The notes under the pieces: model-generated
What the model saw: the letters and a program-made list of their open reading frames with translations, nothing else
Databases searched by the model: none
What the model was told of the DNA's origin: nothing
Shown: piece by piece, positions 9,018-21,873 of the stretch
Layout: the number at the start of each line of letters is the position of its first letter
Numbering within the stretch: the first letter of the stretch is position 1
From: Prevotella sp.
GTDB lineage: Bacteria > Bacteroidota > Bacteroidia > Bacteroidales > Dysgonomonadaceae
Assembly: GCA_031285625.1 (NCBI GenBank)
Contig: JAITVV010000043.1
Span: forward strand, 1-64,000
Reading direction: 5' to 3'
DNA length: 64,000 nt
Translations under genes and position numbers: made by a program

Positions 9018-10703
9018 ATGTCAGACGATAAGAAGATCATTTTCTCAATGATGGGTGTAGGTAAGATTTACCCACCACAAAAACAAGTATTAAAAAACAT
9101 CTACCTATCTTTTTTCTATGGTGCCAAAATAGGTATTATCGGTCTTAATGGTTCCGGTAAATCTACCTTATTAAAGATGATTGCCGGAATAGATAAAGAA
9201 TATCAGGGAGAGATTATATCAGATAAAGAATACTCGGTTGGGTATCTTGAACAAGATCCAAAACTAGATCCAACCAAAACGGTTAAAGAGATTGTTCAGG
9301 AAGGAGTGCAACCAATTATAGACCTACTGAAAGAATATGAAGGCATCAACGAGAAATTCGGATTACCTGAATATTATGAAGATCAGGACAAAATGGATGG
9401 GCTTTTTGCCCGTCAGGCAGAATTGCAGGATAAGATAGATGCTACCGATGCATGGAATATAGATAATAAACTGGAACGTGCAATGGATGCACTCCGTTGT
9501 CCACCCGAAGATCAGCTGACAGAAAATTTATCGGGAGGTGAAGCTCGCCGCGTGGCTCTCTGCCGTCTGTTACTACAAGAACCGGATGTATTATTATTAG
9601 ATGAGCCTACCAATCACCTGGATGCAGAATCCATCGATTGGCTGGAGCAGCATCTGCAACAATACAAAGGAACAGTTATCTGTATTACCCACGACCGTTA
9701 TTTCCTAGATCACGTAGCAGGATGGATTCTTGAACTCGACCGAGGCGAAGGTATTCCTTGGAAAGGCAACTATACATCTTGGCTCGAACAAAAGACCAAA
9801 CGTATGGAGCAGGAAGAAAAACAAGCCAGCAAACGCCGTAAAACACTCGAACGAGAATTGGAATGGGTGAGAATGGCTCCTAAAGCACGTCATGCAAAAG
9901 GAAAAGCCCGTTTGAATGATTACGAAAAGTTACTGAATGCCGACCAGAAAGAACGTGAAGAAAAACTAGAGATTTTTATTCCGAATGGGCCACGCTTGGG
10001 TAATAAGGTTATTGAAGCACATGGAGTAAGTAAAGCATTTGGTGACAAACTATTGTTTGACAACCTTGAATTCATGTTGCCACCATCTGGTATTGTTGGC
10101 ATCATTGGACCCAATGGAGCCGGTAAAACCACCTTGTTCCGTTTAATTCAAGGCTTGGAAAAAGCAGATAAGGGAACATTCGAAGTAGGAGAAACAGTAA
10201 AAATAGGTTATGTAGACCAATCGCATACCGACATAGACCCTAACAAATCTGTTTATCAGGTTATTTCGGGTGGAAACGAATCTGTTCGTGTTGGAGGTAA
10301 AGATATTAATGCCCGTGCATATCTTTCCCGCTTCAACTTCTCAGGAGGTGACCAGGAAAAGCTTACCGGAGTGTTATCCGGAGGAGAACGTAACCGTTTG
10401 CATTTGGCCCTTACTCTTAAATCGGAAGCAAATGTACTCTTGCTCGATGAACCAACGAACGATATAGACGTTAATACTTTACGTGCGCTGGAGGAAGGAT
10501 TGGAAAATTTTGCAGGATGTGCAGTTGTAATTTCCCACGACCGATGGTTCTTAGACCGTATTTGTACACATATCCTCGCCTTTGAGGGGAACTCAGAAGT
10601 GTTCTTCTTTGAAGGTAGCTACAGCGAGTATGAGGAAAACAAAAAGGTACGGTTAGGAAATGTAGAGCCTAAACGAATCCGCTATCGTAAACTTATTAAC
10701 TAA
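9018..10703 (+). CDS. ettA: ABC-F translational throttle EttA
   Basis: LSFFYGAKIGIIGLNGSGKST, two ABC domains, ELEWVRMAPKARHAKGKAR linker. Confidence 0.95.
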   Translation: MSDDKKIIFSMMGVGKIYPPQKQVLKNIYLSFFYGAKIGIIGLNGSGKSTLLKMIAGIDKEYQGEIISDKEYSVGYLEQDPKLDPTKTVKEIVQEGVQPIIDLLKEYEGINEKFGLPEYYEDQDKMDGLFARQAELQDKIDATDAWNIDNKLERAMDALRCPPEDQLTENLSGGEARRVALCRLLLQEPDVLLLDEPTNHLDAESIDWLEQHLQQYKGTVICITHDRYFLDHVAGWILELDRGEGIPWKGNYTSWLEQKTKRMEQEEKQASKRRKTLERELEWVRMAPKARHAKGKARLNDYEKLLNADQKEREEKLEIFIPNGPRLGNKVIEAHGVSKAFGDKLLFDNLEFMLPPSGIVGIIGPNGAGKTTLFRLIQGLEKADKGTFEVGETVKIGYVDQSHTDIDPNKSVYQVISGGNESVRVGGKDINARAYLSRFNFSGGDQEKLTGVLSGGERNRLHLALTLKSEANVLLLDEPTNDIDVNTLRALEEGLENFAGCAVVISHDRWFLDRICTHILAFEGNSEVFFFEGSYSEYEENKKVRLGNVEPKRIRYRKLIN

Positions 10704-10834
10704 AAAAAACATAAATTTGTGCAACTAAACAGTAGTTGCATAGTCTTATAAATATAGGAACTGAGAGTAAATACAACAATTATTTACTCTCTGTTTTCCG
10801 ATATAGCGAGACTAAGGATTTCAAGGAAAAAAGA

Positions 10835-13396
10835 ATGGGTGACGCACCACAATATATTATCCAAAGAAGAGTTATATTACTTTCTTTGTTATGCATCCTT
10901 TGTGGTATTGCATACGCCCAATCACTCACGGTTGTACGTGGTAATGTGAGAGATGCTTCCACACGCGAAAAACTCCCTTTTGCAAGTATTACATTCGACA
11001 AAACCTCTTCCGGTACATTTTCGGACGAAGAAGGTGATTTCCGGCTGACTAATAAAGGTCCGCAAACCTCTGTTACGGTCTCTCTCTTAGGATATAAATC
11101 ACAAACATTTACGGTACATCCGGGGGTAATGACGACCAAAGAAGTATACCTGGAACCGGAAGATAAAGAACTGAAAGAAGTCATTGTTCGTCCAAAAAAA
11201 GAAAAATATTCCAAGAAAAATAATCCTGCTGTAGAACTTATAAAGAAAGTAATTGCGCACAAGAACGACAATAATATAACCAGTCTGAATTATTATCAAT
11301 ATGAAGAGTATGAACGTACTGTTCTTGCTCTGAACGAATTTAAACCGGAACAGGCACAATTTAAACGTTACAAGTTTCTACCCAATTACATTGATACATC
11401 CCTTATAGATCAGAAACAGATATTGCCTGTATCCGTTCGTGAGAAGCTGACAGATGTCTTTTACCGAAAAGATCCCAAGGATAGTAAAAGAGTAGTAAAA
11501 GGCTATCATATAGAAGGCCTCGACCAGGTTATAGAAACAGAAGGATTGGATGCTATCATAAAAGAAGTCTTTAAAGACATAAACATTACTGATAATTCTA
11601 TTACATTATTATTTCAGCAGTTTGTAAGTCCTTTGAGCGACCATAGTTCTGTTAATTTCTATCGTTGGTATATATCCGATACGGTGAATATTGATAAGGA
11701 CAGGTATGTAAAACTCGATTTTGCCCCTTTTAATTCACGGGATATCGGATTTACCGGTAATCTGTATATCTCACTGGATAGCATGTTTGCTGTAAAAAAA
11801 GCTGTGCTAAGGACTCCCAAGAAAATGAATATCAATTTTGTAGACGAATTAGTTATACAACTCGATTTTCAAAAAACGGCAGAAAATAAATGGATACCTT
11901 CCCAGGAACGGATGGCCATTGATTTATCGATGCTGGATATGGTAAAATTTTATGTAGATAAAACTAAATCGTACGAAAAATTTGAAATAAACAAACCGAT
12001 GGATCCCATCTTTGTACTGACGGCTCCTGAGGTATTTGAAAAAGATTACCTGAAGAGGGATAAGAACTACTGGGCAATGAACCGCCCTACTGATTATAAG
12101 AAAGATTACAGAATGGATCAGATGATGCAGGATGTAAATAAGGTTGCTTTCTTAAAAGTCTTGTTGCAAGCCGGAAGCATAGTATCTACAGGTGGTTATA
12201 TACCTACATCTACCAATCCTGAAAAGAACAAGCTGGATCTGGGTACATTCCCTACATTTTATAGTTATAATCCGATAGAAGGCAACCGTATACGCCTGAC
12301 AATGGCTACAACTAAGAATTTACATCCACATCTGTATTTTTATGGATATGCCGCTTATGGCACACGTGACGAACAGTTTAAATATTATGGAGAAGCAACA
12401 TGGGCTTTTAATAAGATAAAGAACCATAAAGATGAGTACCCCAAAAACAATCTGACCATTGCCTACAAATATGATATGAATACATTGGGACAAAGGTATA
12501 CCCAGGCAGAAAGAGATAATATATTTATGTCGCTTCGCCGTTCCAGTAATGTAAAAATGACTTACAACAGGCAAACACAGGTTTCATATATCAAAGAATT
12601 TTACGGAGGATTCTCAACAACTTTATCAGGGCAAACATTTGAAGAAAAGCCTGCAGGGAAACTGGTCTTTGAGAAAATGGATGAGAATGGGAATAAATAC
12701 AGTATCAACAAAATAGGTACTACCGAAGCTACATTAGCTTTACGTTACGCCCCTAATGAAAAGTTCTATCAACAACGCCGTCAGAGAAGTTCAATAACAT
12801 CTCCCCGCACTATATACAGTCTATCGCACACTATTGCTTTCAACAATTTTCTTGGAGGAGATTATAATTATAATAAAACCTCAGCCTCTTTTTTCAAACA
12901 AATGTGGATTGCACCTTATGGAAAGCTGACCATATCATTACAAGGCGAAAAAATATGGGGACAGGCTCCATTTCCTTTACTGATCACTCCTAGTGCAAAT
13001 AACTCCTATACCATCCAAAGAGGTAGCTTCTATTTAATAGAACCCCTTGAATTTGTGCACGATGCACAGGCATCATGGGAGATAAACTATCATATGGGGG
13101 GATGGTTATTTAACAGAATACCACTACTCAAAATGCTTAAATGGCGTGAAATATTCGGCTTCCGTGGTTTGATCGGCGATCTAAGCAAAAGAAATAATCC
13201 CCAGTATAATCATGACCTGTTGCTTATGCCTCAGGAAACATATACAACAGGGGATGCTCCATATATGGAGTACAATATAGGAATAGAAAATATTTTTAAA
13301 TTTTTCCGTATCGATTATGTGAGGAGACTAAATTATCTGGATCACCCCAATATTGATAAAGACGGATTCAGGATTTCATTTGATCTTACTTTCTGA
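10835..13396 (+). CDS. outer-membrane protein with carboxypeptidase-regulatory-like domain (DUF5686-type)
   Basis: VRGNVRDASTREKLPFASI..LKEVIV N-domain, KNNPAVELIKKVI, C-terminal Phe; start uncertain (track 10736, ATG at 10835). Confidence 0.85.
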   Translation: MGDAPQYIIQRRVILLSLLCILCGIAYAQSLTVVRGNVRDASTREKLPFASITFDKTSSGTFSDEEGDFRLTNKGPQTSVTVSLLGYKSQTFTVHPGVMTTKEVYLEPEDKELKEVIVRPKKEKYSKKNNPAVELIKKVIAHKNDNNITSLNYYQYEEYERTVLALNEFKPEQAQFKRYKFLPNYIDTSLIDQKQILPVSVREKLTDVFYRKDPKDSKRVVKGYHIEGLDQVIETEGLDAIIKEVFKDINITDNSITLLFQQFVSPLSDHSSVNFYRWYISDTVNIDKDRYVKLDFAPFNSRDIGFTGNLYISLDSMFAVKKAVLRTPKKMNINFVDELVIQLDFQKTAENKWIPSQERMAIDLSMLDMVKFYVDKTKSYEKFEINKPMDPIFVLTAPEVFEKDYLKRDKNYWAMNRPTDYKKDYRMDQMMQDVNKVAFLKVLLQAGSIVSTGGYIPTSTNPEKNKLDLGTFPTFYSYNPIEGNRIRLTMATTKNLHPHLYFYGYAAYGTRDEQFKYYGEATWAFNKIKNHKDEYPKNNLTIAYKYDMNTLGQRYTQAERDNIFMSLRRSSNVKMTYNRQTQVSYIKEFYGGFSTTLSGQTFEEKPAGKLVFEKMDENGNKYSINKIGTTEATLALRYAPNEKFYQQRRQRSSITSPRTIYSLSHTIAFNNFLGGDYNYNKTSASFFKQMWIAPYGKLTISLQGEKIWGQAPFPLLITPSANNSYTIQRGSFYLIEPLEFVHDAQASWEINYHMGGWLFNRIPLLKMLKWREIFGFRGLIGDLSKRNNPQYNHDLLLMPQETYTTGDAPYMEYNIGIENIFKFFRIDYVRRLNYLDHPNIDKDGFRISFDLTF

Positions 13397-14344
13397 TCAA
13401 ATGGATCCCAGTACTCTCAATAATAGTTCTTGAGGATCTAAAGGATGTTTTTTGGGAGGATCTTTAGGAATAAGCACCTTCAATCCCTGCGGTATTATTT
13501 TCACATGAATCTCCTTGCCCATTTCTACGGGATCACCATCAATATGCATAACTCCTGCTTCTTGCCGCTTGATTGTTACTTCATTTGTTATAAGTTCAAG
13601 CATTTTACTGTTCTCATCTATCTTTTTTGTAAACAACTGTAAAGACGTCTGCGGAACATCTAATATAGAGAGAGGCTTTAATATGGCAACATTCATCATC
13701 CCATCCTGAATATCAGCATGGGGGGCTATATGAGCATTATAACCATATTGGGAAGCATTGGCACATGTAACCACAAAGGCTTTATCCTTTATAGTTCCTT
13801 CGGGGCAAATAACTTCATATTCCTGTGGTTTCTGCTCGAAGAATGTCTCCAACATATTTTTTATATACATCAATGATCCCCGTTTTTTCTGTCCGGATAC
13901 TTTTGCGGCTACTTCAGCATCAAAACCGACACCACAGGTGCAAAAGAAAATCCGGTCATTTACAGTTCCATAATCAATAGATATAACATTCTCTTCCAAT
14001 ATAGTTTCAATGGCTTTTTTAGAGTCGGTAGGAATATTCAAATCTCTCCCCAATCCATTACCTGATCCCATAGGTATAATTCCTAAGGCAGTATCAGAGC
14101 CGACCAAGGCCCCTCCTACTTCATTTACAGTACCATCTCCGCCAACGGCAATAACATACTCTGCCCTGTCTTTTATAGCCAGCCGGGCAATTTCCGATCC
14201 ATGACCGGCATAACCCGTAATGAAAATATGCACATCAAACTTATGTGCATCAAAAGCTTTAGCAATCTTATGTGGCAGGTTTTGCTTGGCTGAAGTTCCC
14301 GACACAGGATTAATTATAACATATACTTTTTTCTTTTGAGCCAT
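13397..14344 (-). CDS. diacylglycerol kinase family lipid kinase (YegS/DgkB type)
   Basis: IINPVSG, GGDGTVNEV, PMGSGNGL, HIDGD. Confidence 0.93.
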   Translation of the reverse strand: MAQKKKVYVIINPVSGTSAKQNLPHKIAKAFDAHKFDVHIFITGYAGHGSEIARLAIKDRAEYVIAVGGDGTVNEVGGALVGSDTALGIIPMGSGNGLGRDLNIPTDSKKAIETILEENVISIDYGTVNDRIFFCTCGVGFDAEVAAKVSGQKKRGSLMYIKNMLETFFEQKPQEYEVICPEGTIKDKAFVVTCANASQYGYNAHIAPHADIQDGMMNVAILKPLSILDVPQTSLQLFTKKIDENSKMLELITNEVTIKRQEAGVMHIDGDPVEMGKEIHVKIIPQGLKVLIPKDPPKKHPLDPQELLLRVLGSI

Positions 14345-14480
14345 ATAAAGAAATAGTTTGTTTTACAAAAATAGTCTTTTAACACTCATAGACCAAAAAT
14401 AAGTATTGAATTATTGGAGTGGATATATTATGGTATAAATTGTCTTATAATAAGTTCTTTGATTTAATGGTACATGCAAG

Positions 14481-14533
14481 GAAAAAGTTACATAAAAAAA
14501 CATACAAAATTGTGTTACTTTTGTCACCTTTTT
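14481..14533 (-). repeat. intergenic motif family 2, copy A
   Basis: Minus strand AAAAGGTGACAAAAGTAACA-N20-TGTAACTTTTTC. Confidence 0.8.
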
Positions 14534-14589
14534 ACAATAAGAAACTATATATTAACCCTTTACAAAAGAACCACATATCTGTATTTTCT

Positions 14590-14624
14590 CTCTTTGTTAT
14601 GTTGAATGAAGTGAAACATCCCGA
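14590..14624 (-). repeat. half copy of REP-like family 1
   Basis: CTCTTTGTTATGTTGAATGAAGTGAAACATCCCG matches the reverse complement of the right arm at ~48027-48060. Confidence 0.7.
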
Positions 14625-14660
14625 CCTATTTTATCAGGAATAGAATATTTATAGATTAGA

Positions 14661-14713
14661 GAAAAAGTTACAATTAAAAGTACTATAAAACCTGTTACTT
14701 TTGTCACCTTTTT
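14661..14713 (-). repeat. intergenic motif family 2, copy B
   Basis: Same consensus with N20 spacer, exactly 180 bp from copy A. Confidence 0.8.
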
Positions 14714-14878
14714 GAAATAAATAAACTATATACCAAATATATTCTAAATACAATTATTATTTAAGATGACAAAATGATCAATAAACATCTAAAAGTAGCT
14801 ATTTTAAAGCGTCTTTAACTATAAATTGAAAGAAGAACTCATATATTTGTACATATTATACGAAATACCTAAAAGACC

Positions 14879-16162
14879 ATGCTGAGCGAATCTGAATGTA
14901 AACAAATTGTCTGCCTAATAAAAAAAGAAGTAGTACCAGCCATCGGTTGCACAGAACCCATAGCTGTTTCATTATGTGTAGCAAAAGCAACTGAAATACT
15001 TGGTGAATTTCCAGATAAAATAAAAGTACTGCTGAGCGCTAACATTCTGAAAAATGCAATGGGAGTAGGCATACCGGGGACAAAGATGGTAGGGTTGCCC
15101 ATCGCAATAGCATTAGGCGCGCTGATAGGTAAAAGTGAATATGGGCTACAAGTACTGAAAGATTTGAAACCTGCAGATGTAGAAGATGGCAAAAAATACA
15201 TTGCGGAAAAACGTATTGAAATAGGACTAAAAGAAAACATAGAAGATAATCTGTATATAGAAGTACTTTGCCAGAAGGACAATGAAGAATCCATCGCAGT
15301 AATAAAAGGGACACATACAAATTTTTCATATCTGGCTAAAAATGGAAATATCCTAAGTAGTGAAGGAAATAATAGTATAAAAAAAGATGAGAATGATGAT
15401 ATCATCTTATCTTTTTCGAAAGTATACGACTTTGCTATCACAGCACCGATAGAAAATATTCATTTTATTCTACAAGCTGCGGAAGTAAATCGCACAGCAT
15501 CCAAATTATCAGCACAAGGCAGCTATGGACATAATGTAGCCAAAACAATGACCGGAACTCTGGGCAAACAGATATTCGGAGACTCGATGCTCTCGCATAT
15601 GATGGCATACACGGCTGCAGCATGTGACGCACGTATGGATGGAGCTATGATACCAGTAATGAGCAACTCTGGCAGTGGTAACCAGGGTATTACAGCCACA
15701 TTACCAGTACTCACATATGCTGAAGACACAGACTGCTCTGAAGAAAACTTAATAAGGGCCCTTATACTCAGCCATTTGACAGTAGTTTACATAAAGCAGA
15801 AGTTAGGGCGTTTGTCAGCCTTATGTGGCTGTGTAGCTGCGGCAACAGGGGCCAGTTGCGGAATTACTTATCTTATGGGTGGGGATTATAATCAAATCAC
15901 ATTTGCTGTAAAAAATATGGTTGGAAATATTACAGGTATGATTTGTGATGGTGCAAAACCCAGCTGTGCCCTTAAAATATCCAGTGGGGTATCCACTGCC
16001 GTACTATCTGCAATAATGGCAATCGAACACAAGGTGGTATCCTCTCTCGAAGGTATTGTAGATGATGATGTGGATAAGACAATCGAAAACCTCACGAGTA
16101 TTGGAGCGGTAGGTATGCAGGAAACAGACAAGTTAGTTTTAAAAATAATGACAAGTAAATAA
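14879..16162 (+). CDS. UPF0597/YhaM (CyuA)-type serine dehydratase alpha-like L-cysteine desulfidase
   Basis: VVPAIGCTEP, DARMDG..VMSNSGSGNQG, GRLSALCG, GMICDGAKPSCALK. Confidence 0.9.
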   Translation: MLSESECKQIVCLIKKEVVPAIGCTEPIAVSLCVAKATEILGEFPDKIKVLLSANILKNAMGVGIPGTKMVGLPIAIALGALIGKSEYGLQVLKDLKPADVEDGKKYIAEKRIEIGLKENIEDNLYIEVLCQKDNEESIAVIKGTHTNFSYLAKNGNILSSEGNNSIKKDENDDIILSFSKVYDFAITAPIENIHFILQAAEVNRTASKLSAQGSYGHNVAKTMTGTLGKQIFGDSMLSHMMAYTAAACDARMDGAMIPVMSNSGSGNQGITATLPVLTYAEDTDCSEENLIRALILSHLTVVYIKQKLGRLSALCGCVAAATGASCGITYLMGGDYNQITFAVKNMVGNITGMICDGAKPSCALKISSGVSTAVLSAIMAIEHKVVSSLEGIVDDDVDKTIENLTSIGAVGMQETDKLVLKIMTSK

Positions 16163-16170
16163 TAATTAGA

Positions 16171-16626
16171 ATGAATAAGAAAATACTATTTTATGCTATA
16201 ATCATATGCGGACTATTCAGTGGATTTTCGGCATGCAACTCTACTAAGAAAGAAGTAAAAAGCGGTGATGAACAGGCTATTGATACAATGAAACTACAGT
16301 TTAATATCGCAAACGTAGATACTATGTCGGTTATCTTTCCGGAGAGTAATGATGTATTCGTAATTAATGAAAAAGACAAGGCAGAGCTTGGGAAGCTAAT
16401 AGCTTTGTCAATAAACGATACATTATGGAATAATAGCGGAATCATGGTAAAGATGGTTGCTCCTGATTATACTATTGTTTCCCATTATAAGGGTCAAAGT
16501 GCTGATAATAACAGCTGGCTAATGATCTGGAAAGAAAACGGAAGAGTAAAATTTGAGAATAAATGGTATTTTCTGGACGAAGCTAAGAAGTCCAGTATAT
16601 ACCAAATACTTGATGCATATAAATAA
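16171..16626 (+). CDS. hypothetical lipoprotein
   Basis: Lipobox FSAC; starts 9 nt after the upstream stop. Confidence 0.75.
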   Translation: MNKKILFYAIIICGLFSGFSACNSTKKEVKSGDEQAIDTMKLQFNIANVDTMSVIFPESNDVFVINEKDKAELGKLIALSINDTLWNNSGIMVKMVAPDYTIVSHYKGQSADNNSWLMIWKENGRVKFENKWYFLDEAKKSSIYQILDAYK

Positions 16627-16655
16627 AACAAAAGGCCGTTCAATAGAACGGCCTT
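16625..16655. terminator. intrinsic terminator between convergent genes
   Basis: AAGGCCGTTC-aata-GAACGGCCTT hairpin; U-tract on the minus strand. Confidence 0.8.
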
Positions 16656-16693
16656 AACCTTCGATAACCAAACTGTATTACTTGCCTAATATA

Positions 16694-18916
<2,223 letters not shown>

Positions 18917-19001
18917 TTAATAAATGTTTTCCGTAATACAAAGAAACCATTTTTCTTGCCCAACACTGGGATGGAAAATTAGTAAACATCATAAAAAAGT
19001 T

Positions 19002-19015
19002 TGCAAACGTTTGCA
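19002..19015. promoter_or_regulatory. LacI-type operator palindrome upstream of susB
   Basis: Perfect palindrome TGCAAACGTTTGCA; sister site at 25317. Confidence 0.75.
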
Positions 19016-19018
19016 GAT

Positions 19019-19053
19019 AAAAAAGAAGAAGCGGAATAAATTCCGCTTCTTCT
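19019..19053 (-). terminator. terminator after the susC-D-E unit
   Basis: AGAAGAAGCGGAA/TTCCGCTTCTTCT hairpin followed by T-run on the minus strand. Confidence 0.8.
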
Positions 19054-19073
19054 GATATGTATTTAATTTCTAA

Positions 19074-20231
19074 TTAAGGCATTTTCTCCTTACGAATAAT
19101 AACATAATGCCCAGTTAAGTCATTAAGAGCTAGGAAATATTTTCCATCCCTCTCTATTTTCAGATTATCACCACCCTGTGTGCCTATACCAAATGGTATG
19201 TCTACAGAGCTGCCGCCCCAATTAATATCCCAACCATCATTAGCCCGGAATTTAATTTCACCACCGACTAATTCGATATCAGTAATAACCCATATATGAG
19301 GTGAAACCTGCTCCATCGCAGTATCACTATCCCAACCTGTTGGTGTAGCGCTACCAATCACTCCAATTCTGCTATATGAATTTGCAGTTTCTGTATAAGG
19401 AATAAAAGAATGAGTAAGAGCATCCAGATCAACAGTTAGTGTATATAATCCACTTGCAGATGGGCCTGGAATATTATCACCATCATTATTAGGACTTAGT
19501 TTTCCATCTTTATATGCGAAAGATGTATCCCAATTACCAGCCTTGGTTATTAATTTAAAGCCACCGGAGGCAAATGAACCTGTATAAGTATATTTTTTAT
19601 TATCAACTTTACTGTTATCTGCAAATAGTACTTGTAAACCTTTTCCTAAAGCAGCGGCATCATTACTCCATGTATCGACACCAGAGATAACATCACCAGT
19701 AAGATATATTGCATCTTTTACTGGAATCTCCGGAACATAAGCCAATACCATCAAAGAGATAATATTAGAATAGAGAGTATCCGGACTATTTATAACACTA
19801 CTACTTTCTAACCTTAGAGTAGCAGCTATACGCATATTCAGGAATACCTCTTTTGCTTCATTGGTTTCTTCATCAAAGCCTCCAAATTTTATAGCCCAAT
19901 TGCTTAGGTCCGTACCCGAAAGAGCTTTAGAATAGACACTATTACCTAGAGAAATTTGATATGGTTCTTTAAATGTTTCAGTAGTATCCATCTCCAATAG
20001 GTATTCAACTACAATATCTTTACCAAAATTAGCCCTTGACCAGTTTAATACACTAGGAAAGGTAGATACAGTTTCTTCTGTCACAATAATATTAGTAGTT
20101 CCTTCTACCGTTACAGTAGGAGCTGTTGCATTCCCGGATTGAAGAGGATACATTTTATCTTCATCTTTTTCACATGCCGAGAAAAGGAATAATGGTAATA
20201 GAATGAGCAGAAATATATTAATCTTCTTCAT
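19074..20231 (-). CDS. SusE/SusF-like surface glycan-binding lipoprotein
   Basis: Lipobox FSAC; LNWSRANFG SusE N-domain; IGSATPTGWD and IKFRANDGWDINWG CBM motifs. Confidence 0.88.
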   Translation of the reverse strand: MKKINIFLLILLPLFLFSACEKDEDKMYPLQSGNATAPTVTVEGTTNIIVTEETVSTFPSVLNWSRANFGKDIVVEYLLEMDTTETFKEPYQISLGNSVYSKALSGTDLSNWAIKFGGFDEETNEAKEVFLNMRIAATLRLESSSVINSPDTLYSNIISLMVLAYVPEIPVKDAIYLTGDVISGVDTWSNDAAALGKGLQVLFADNSKVDNKKYTYTGSFASGGFKLITKAGNWDTSFAYKDGKLSPNNDGDNIPGPSASGLYTLTVDLDALTHSFIPYTETANSYSRIGVIGSATPTGWDSDTAMEQVSPHIWVITDIELVGGEIKFRANDGWDINWGGSSVDIPFGIGTQGGDNLKIERDGKYFLALNDLTGHYVIIRKEKMP

Positions 20232-20253
20232 AATGTTATGTTTTTCAGTTTGA

Positions 20254-21852
20254 TTAATAATTCGGATTTTGTTTTAAGTTTGGATTTGCCATAATATCAG
20301 TAGAAGGGATTGGATATATGTTATAGTGGCTGCTCACAGAACGTCCATCTTTAGAACCACCTTTCCATGGCCAAACATATTTGGCTGTTGTGAACATTCC
20401 AAAACGGATCAAATCGGTGCGACGATGACATTCCCAATATAATTCTCTTGATCTTTCATTTAAAATTTCGTCCAAGGAAACATTAGCAAAACTTGAATAA
20501 TTTTCAGATGAATTTCCAAAGGCTCTTTCTCTAAGTTTATTCATATAAAGAAGTGCATTAGCATCTGAGCCACCCGTTCCACCTCTCTTTACAGCTTCTG
20601 CATATACCAGATACATTTCAGCTAAACGAAATAGAGGAAAATCATTATCTGCATATCTTGCATGTGAACCACTAGCCCCTGCAACAGATATATTGCGATA
20701 TTTGTAAGTAGCCAATCCCTGACGAAAATTAGTTAAATCATCCATATCCGGAGTGTCTCCAACAAACAGGAAGCGTTTGTCCTTATCTTGGTTAAACCGA
20801 TCAGTCAAACCTGTCGTTGCACGATTTCCACTCCAGGCCGCATTATCAGTAAGCCCATAGTTTAATCCATATTCACTTTCTACAGCTGCATTATAACTAG
20901 AGTTTATCAAAAATGTTGTTCCTGCATAATTCTGAGTATTCACACCATCGTAATTGATAGATAGGATTATTTCATTATTATTCTTGTTATTATCTGCAAG
21001 GAAAAGATGCTCATAATTATCCATTAATGAGAAACCAGCACCGATTACTTTTCCACTATATGTTATAGCATCGGCATATCTTGCTTGTCCAGTATATACT
21101 TCTGCATTCAGATAAATGCGTGCCAGTAGTGCCCAAGCAGCAGCTTTATCCGCCCGTCCATATTCATTACTACGAGGATCTACTAATAAACTCTCTATTT
21201 CAAGAAGCTCCTTTTCTACATAGTTAAACAGATCTTTACGACTTATTTGTTCCGGTAAAGAACCAAATTCAACATTTTCGTCAACAAAAGGAGGATTGCC
21301 ATATACATCCATCATCACCCAATATTCAAAAGCCCTTAGAAAACGGGCCTCTGCCCGAAAATGTTTTATTTCGGTCACTTCGTCAGAAGTAAATCCTTTA
21401 CTATCTATGCTCGCATCTGTAGCATTTCTCAAAAATGCATTTGCATACATAATATGAAGCATACAGCGATTATAAAATCCTCTTGCAAAAGGATTTTCTG
21501 ATGAAAGATTAATATAATTTAATCCTGGGATTCCTTCATCCTGAAGCCAAATACACTTCACTTCATCTGTTGGAACTTCCTGAACATTAAAAAAACCACG
21601 TAAAAAATCAGCATAAGTGCCTTCATCTAATCCTGATATATCAGGACTTCCCGCAGGACCTTGATTCCCAGTCAAAGTATATCCACCATATACTTTGGCC
21701 AATGCACCCTTATACCCGTCAAATGTACTATACACTTCAGTATCTGTACTATCATTTTCAGGGAATCTGTTCAAGTCATCTGTGCACGAAGCCAGCATCA
21801 CAAGAGAGAAGGATGCACAAATAAACTTTTTCAATATATTATTTCTTTTCAT
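20254..21852 (-). CDS. susD: SusD/RagB glycan-binding lipoprotein (starch-SusD-like)
   Basis: Lipobox LASC; AEARFLRA, LARIYLNAEVY, FRLAEMYL, ERSRELYWECHRRTDLIRF. Confidence 0.93.
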   Translation of the reverse strand: MKRNNILKKFICASFSLVMLASCTDDLNRFPENDSTDTEVYSTFDGYKGALAKVYGGYTLTGNQGPAGSPDISGLDEGTYADFLRGFFNVQEVPTDEVKCIWLQDEGIPGLNYINLSSENPFARGFYNRCMLHIMYANAFLRNATDASIDSKGFTSDEVTEIKHFRAEARFLRAFEYWVMMDVYGNPPFVDENVEFGSLPEQISRKDLFNYVEKELLEIESLLVDPRSNEYGRADKAAAWALLARIYLNAEVYTGQARYADAITYSGKVIGAGFSLMDNYEHLFLADNNKNNNEIILSINYDGVNTQNYAGTTFLINSSYNAAVESEYGLNYGLTDNAAWSGNRATTGLTDRFNQDKDKRFLFVGDTPDMDDLTNFRQGLATYKYRNISVAGASGSHARYADNDFPLFRLAEMYLVYAEAVKRGGTGGSDANALLYMNKLRERAFGNSSENYSSFANVSLDEILNERSRELYWECHRRTDLIRFGMFTTAKYVWPWKGGSKDGRSVSSHYNIYPIPSTDIMANPNLKQNPNY

Positions 21853-21873
21853 AATTATTCGGATTTATCAAAA

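Noticed and set aside
13394-13399. Convergent genes with abutting stop codons (also at 38387/38388)
   Set aside because: Common in compact genomes; no further structure seen
14481-14713. Repeat-spacer pattern as a CRISPR array
   Set aside because: Only two units 180 bp apart, other copies dispersed, no cas genes
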